Shown: one piece after another, positions 62,501 to 64,000 of the stretch
Numbering within the stretch: position 1 is the stretch's first letter
How the letters are laid out: each line of letters opens with the position of its first letter
Assembly: GCA_030390025.1 (NCBI GenBank)
Contig: CM059433.1
Span: 25,360,001 to 25,424,000, forward strand
Direction of reading: 5' to 3'
Source: Squalus acanthias
Taxonomy: Eukaryota
Length of the DNA: 64,000 nucleotides
Program-made: the position numbers and the translations under genes
Notes under the pieces: generated by a model
Told to the model about the DNA's origin: nothing
Seen by the model: only the letters and a program-made list of their open reading frames with translations
Database searches by the model: none

Positions 62501-62989
62501 AATTCTGAGGTTCAGTGGTGGGATGAAATTAATTTCTAGTCAGCTTGAAGCATTGACAAGCCAATGTCCAGGTGCGGAGGTAGTCATGGAGAGGGAATGA
62601 ATGCAGGAGCTGTTGGAGTGGCAGGGTGTATTGTTGGTTGGAAGCTGTCCAGTGGGCACAGAGAGCTGAGATCATGCTGCATTTACAGTACATCATTGCT
62701 GCAACCAATAGTAGCGCAGCTTCAACAGTAGCGTTTGAATGGAAATGAGGTGCGCTTTTCCCTAGAATGTAAATGCGCGATGATGTCAAAGGTGAGCAGC
62801 AGCTGGCTCCTGTTCTTCTGCTGGCTGGCAGGCTCAGAGTTCCATCCATACAGGACAGGAATGCAGTTTCCTCATTGCTGATCCATAGACATTTTTCCCA
62901 GCCATTGGGGAAGACTCATGACTAGAAAATGGAAAGTTCCAATTTTTAATTTGAAACAACTGCACATGCACAGATTAAAGATGGGCTTA

Positions 62990-63760
62990 GAGGGAGAGGT
63001 ACAAGTGATACCAAAATACGAGGTATAATTAATTCTTTAGACGATCAAAGGAAACTGCAAAGGGATATTGATAAGGTGGGGAATGGGATGAAAAGTGGCA
63101 GATGGAGTTCAACGAGCTGATACATTTTGGTAAAAAAAGAGCAGTAATTGTACTCTGAATGGAAGTAGGCTCCGTGCTGTGGAAGAGCAGAGGACTTGGG
63201 TTACAGGTTTGCCAGCAATGTCAACATCCAACATCAGATTACATCGGAACATAGGAACAGGAATAGGCCATTCAGCCCCTCGAGCGTGTGTTGCCATTCA
63301 GTTAGATGATGGCTGATTTGTATCTTAACTTCATCTCTCCGCCTTGGTTCCATAACCCTTAATACCCTTGCCAATAATAGTCCATCAATATCAGTTTTGA
63401 AATTTTCAATTGACCCCCAGCCTCAATTGCTTTTTGGGGAGTTCCAGATTTCCACTAGCCTTTGTGTGAAGAAATGCTTCCTGACATCACGCCTGAAAGT
63501 CCTAACATTAATTTTAAGGTTATGCCCCTTTGTTCTGGACTCCCCCACCAGAGGACATGGTTTCTCACTACCTATCCTATCAATTCCTTGAATTGCCTTA
63601 AACACTTCAGGTGGATGAAGGAAACAAAGTTGAAACGATATGGGAACAGGATGGGTAAATGTGATTAGAACTATTTGCTCATGTGAAGGGTAAACATGGA
63701 CACAGACTGGCTAGACCAAATGGGCTGTTTCCGTCTTGTAACTTTTAACTTCTATGCATG
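62990..63760. mobile_element. CR1 fragments in both orientations
   Basis: + KLQRDIDK..W..KWQMEFN remnant; - ESRTKGHNLKI...KHFFTQRLVEIWNS. Confidence 0.75.
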
Positions 63761-64000
63761 ATCCTGTCAGTGGTCTGAAATCTGCCTCACAGTATAAGTG
63801 GCGGGGATTCCTGCACACCAGCTGCCAAGACAAACCAAACTACCTCTATTTAGAAAAATTCTGCATAATAAAAAGATAATGATCAGTCTGTGAAGTGACT
63901 GTTGGATAATCTCACTCAAGGAAGCAGTTATATCAGCTGGCGTTAGAAATGCAAATTTTTTTAATTTGTTCCTGGGATGTGGGCAAGGCCAGCATTTATT

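Noticed and set aside
62766..62795. Candidate next FAM83B exon after TTTTCCCTAG (AATGTAAATGCGCGA)
   Set aside because: In-frame TGA at 62781 and no further similarity

Overview
Vertebrate genomic DNA, most likely a shark or other elasmobranch (inferred from the repeat families). It is dominated by transposable elements: CR1, L2, a CR1-group LINE, a Tx1-clade LINE, two Penelope-like (PLE) families, PIF/Harbinger elements and MITEs, and Deu-domain tRNA SINEs, plus several minisatellites. Two host genes are recognisable. A FAM83B-like gene on + has coding exons at 41416-41859 and 47215-47379. An SLC22A15-like gene on - has its first coding exon at 61094-61177, inside a CpG-rich region. I found no further exons of either gene, so as assembled they appear interleaved head-to-head. 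The most striking non-genic signal is a size series of fold-back Penelope insertions (about 3.1 kb, 1.8 kb, 212 bp and 91 bp). They carry target-site duplications (TSDs) and a 30-40 nt tail, and all but the smallest carry minimal hammerhead-ribozyme motifs whose palindromic stem III would require dimerisation. Also notable: an RT-less Tx1 element inserted into the tRNA-derived head of a SINE, a CR1 inserted at a splice acceptor of a Harbinger Myb gene, and Harbinger MITEs that seem to keep both gene starts. Family names come from motif recognition by eye, not database searches. Boundaries of degraded repeats are approximate.
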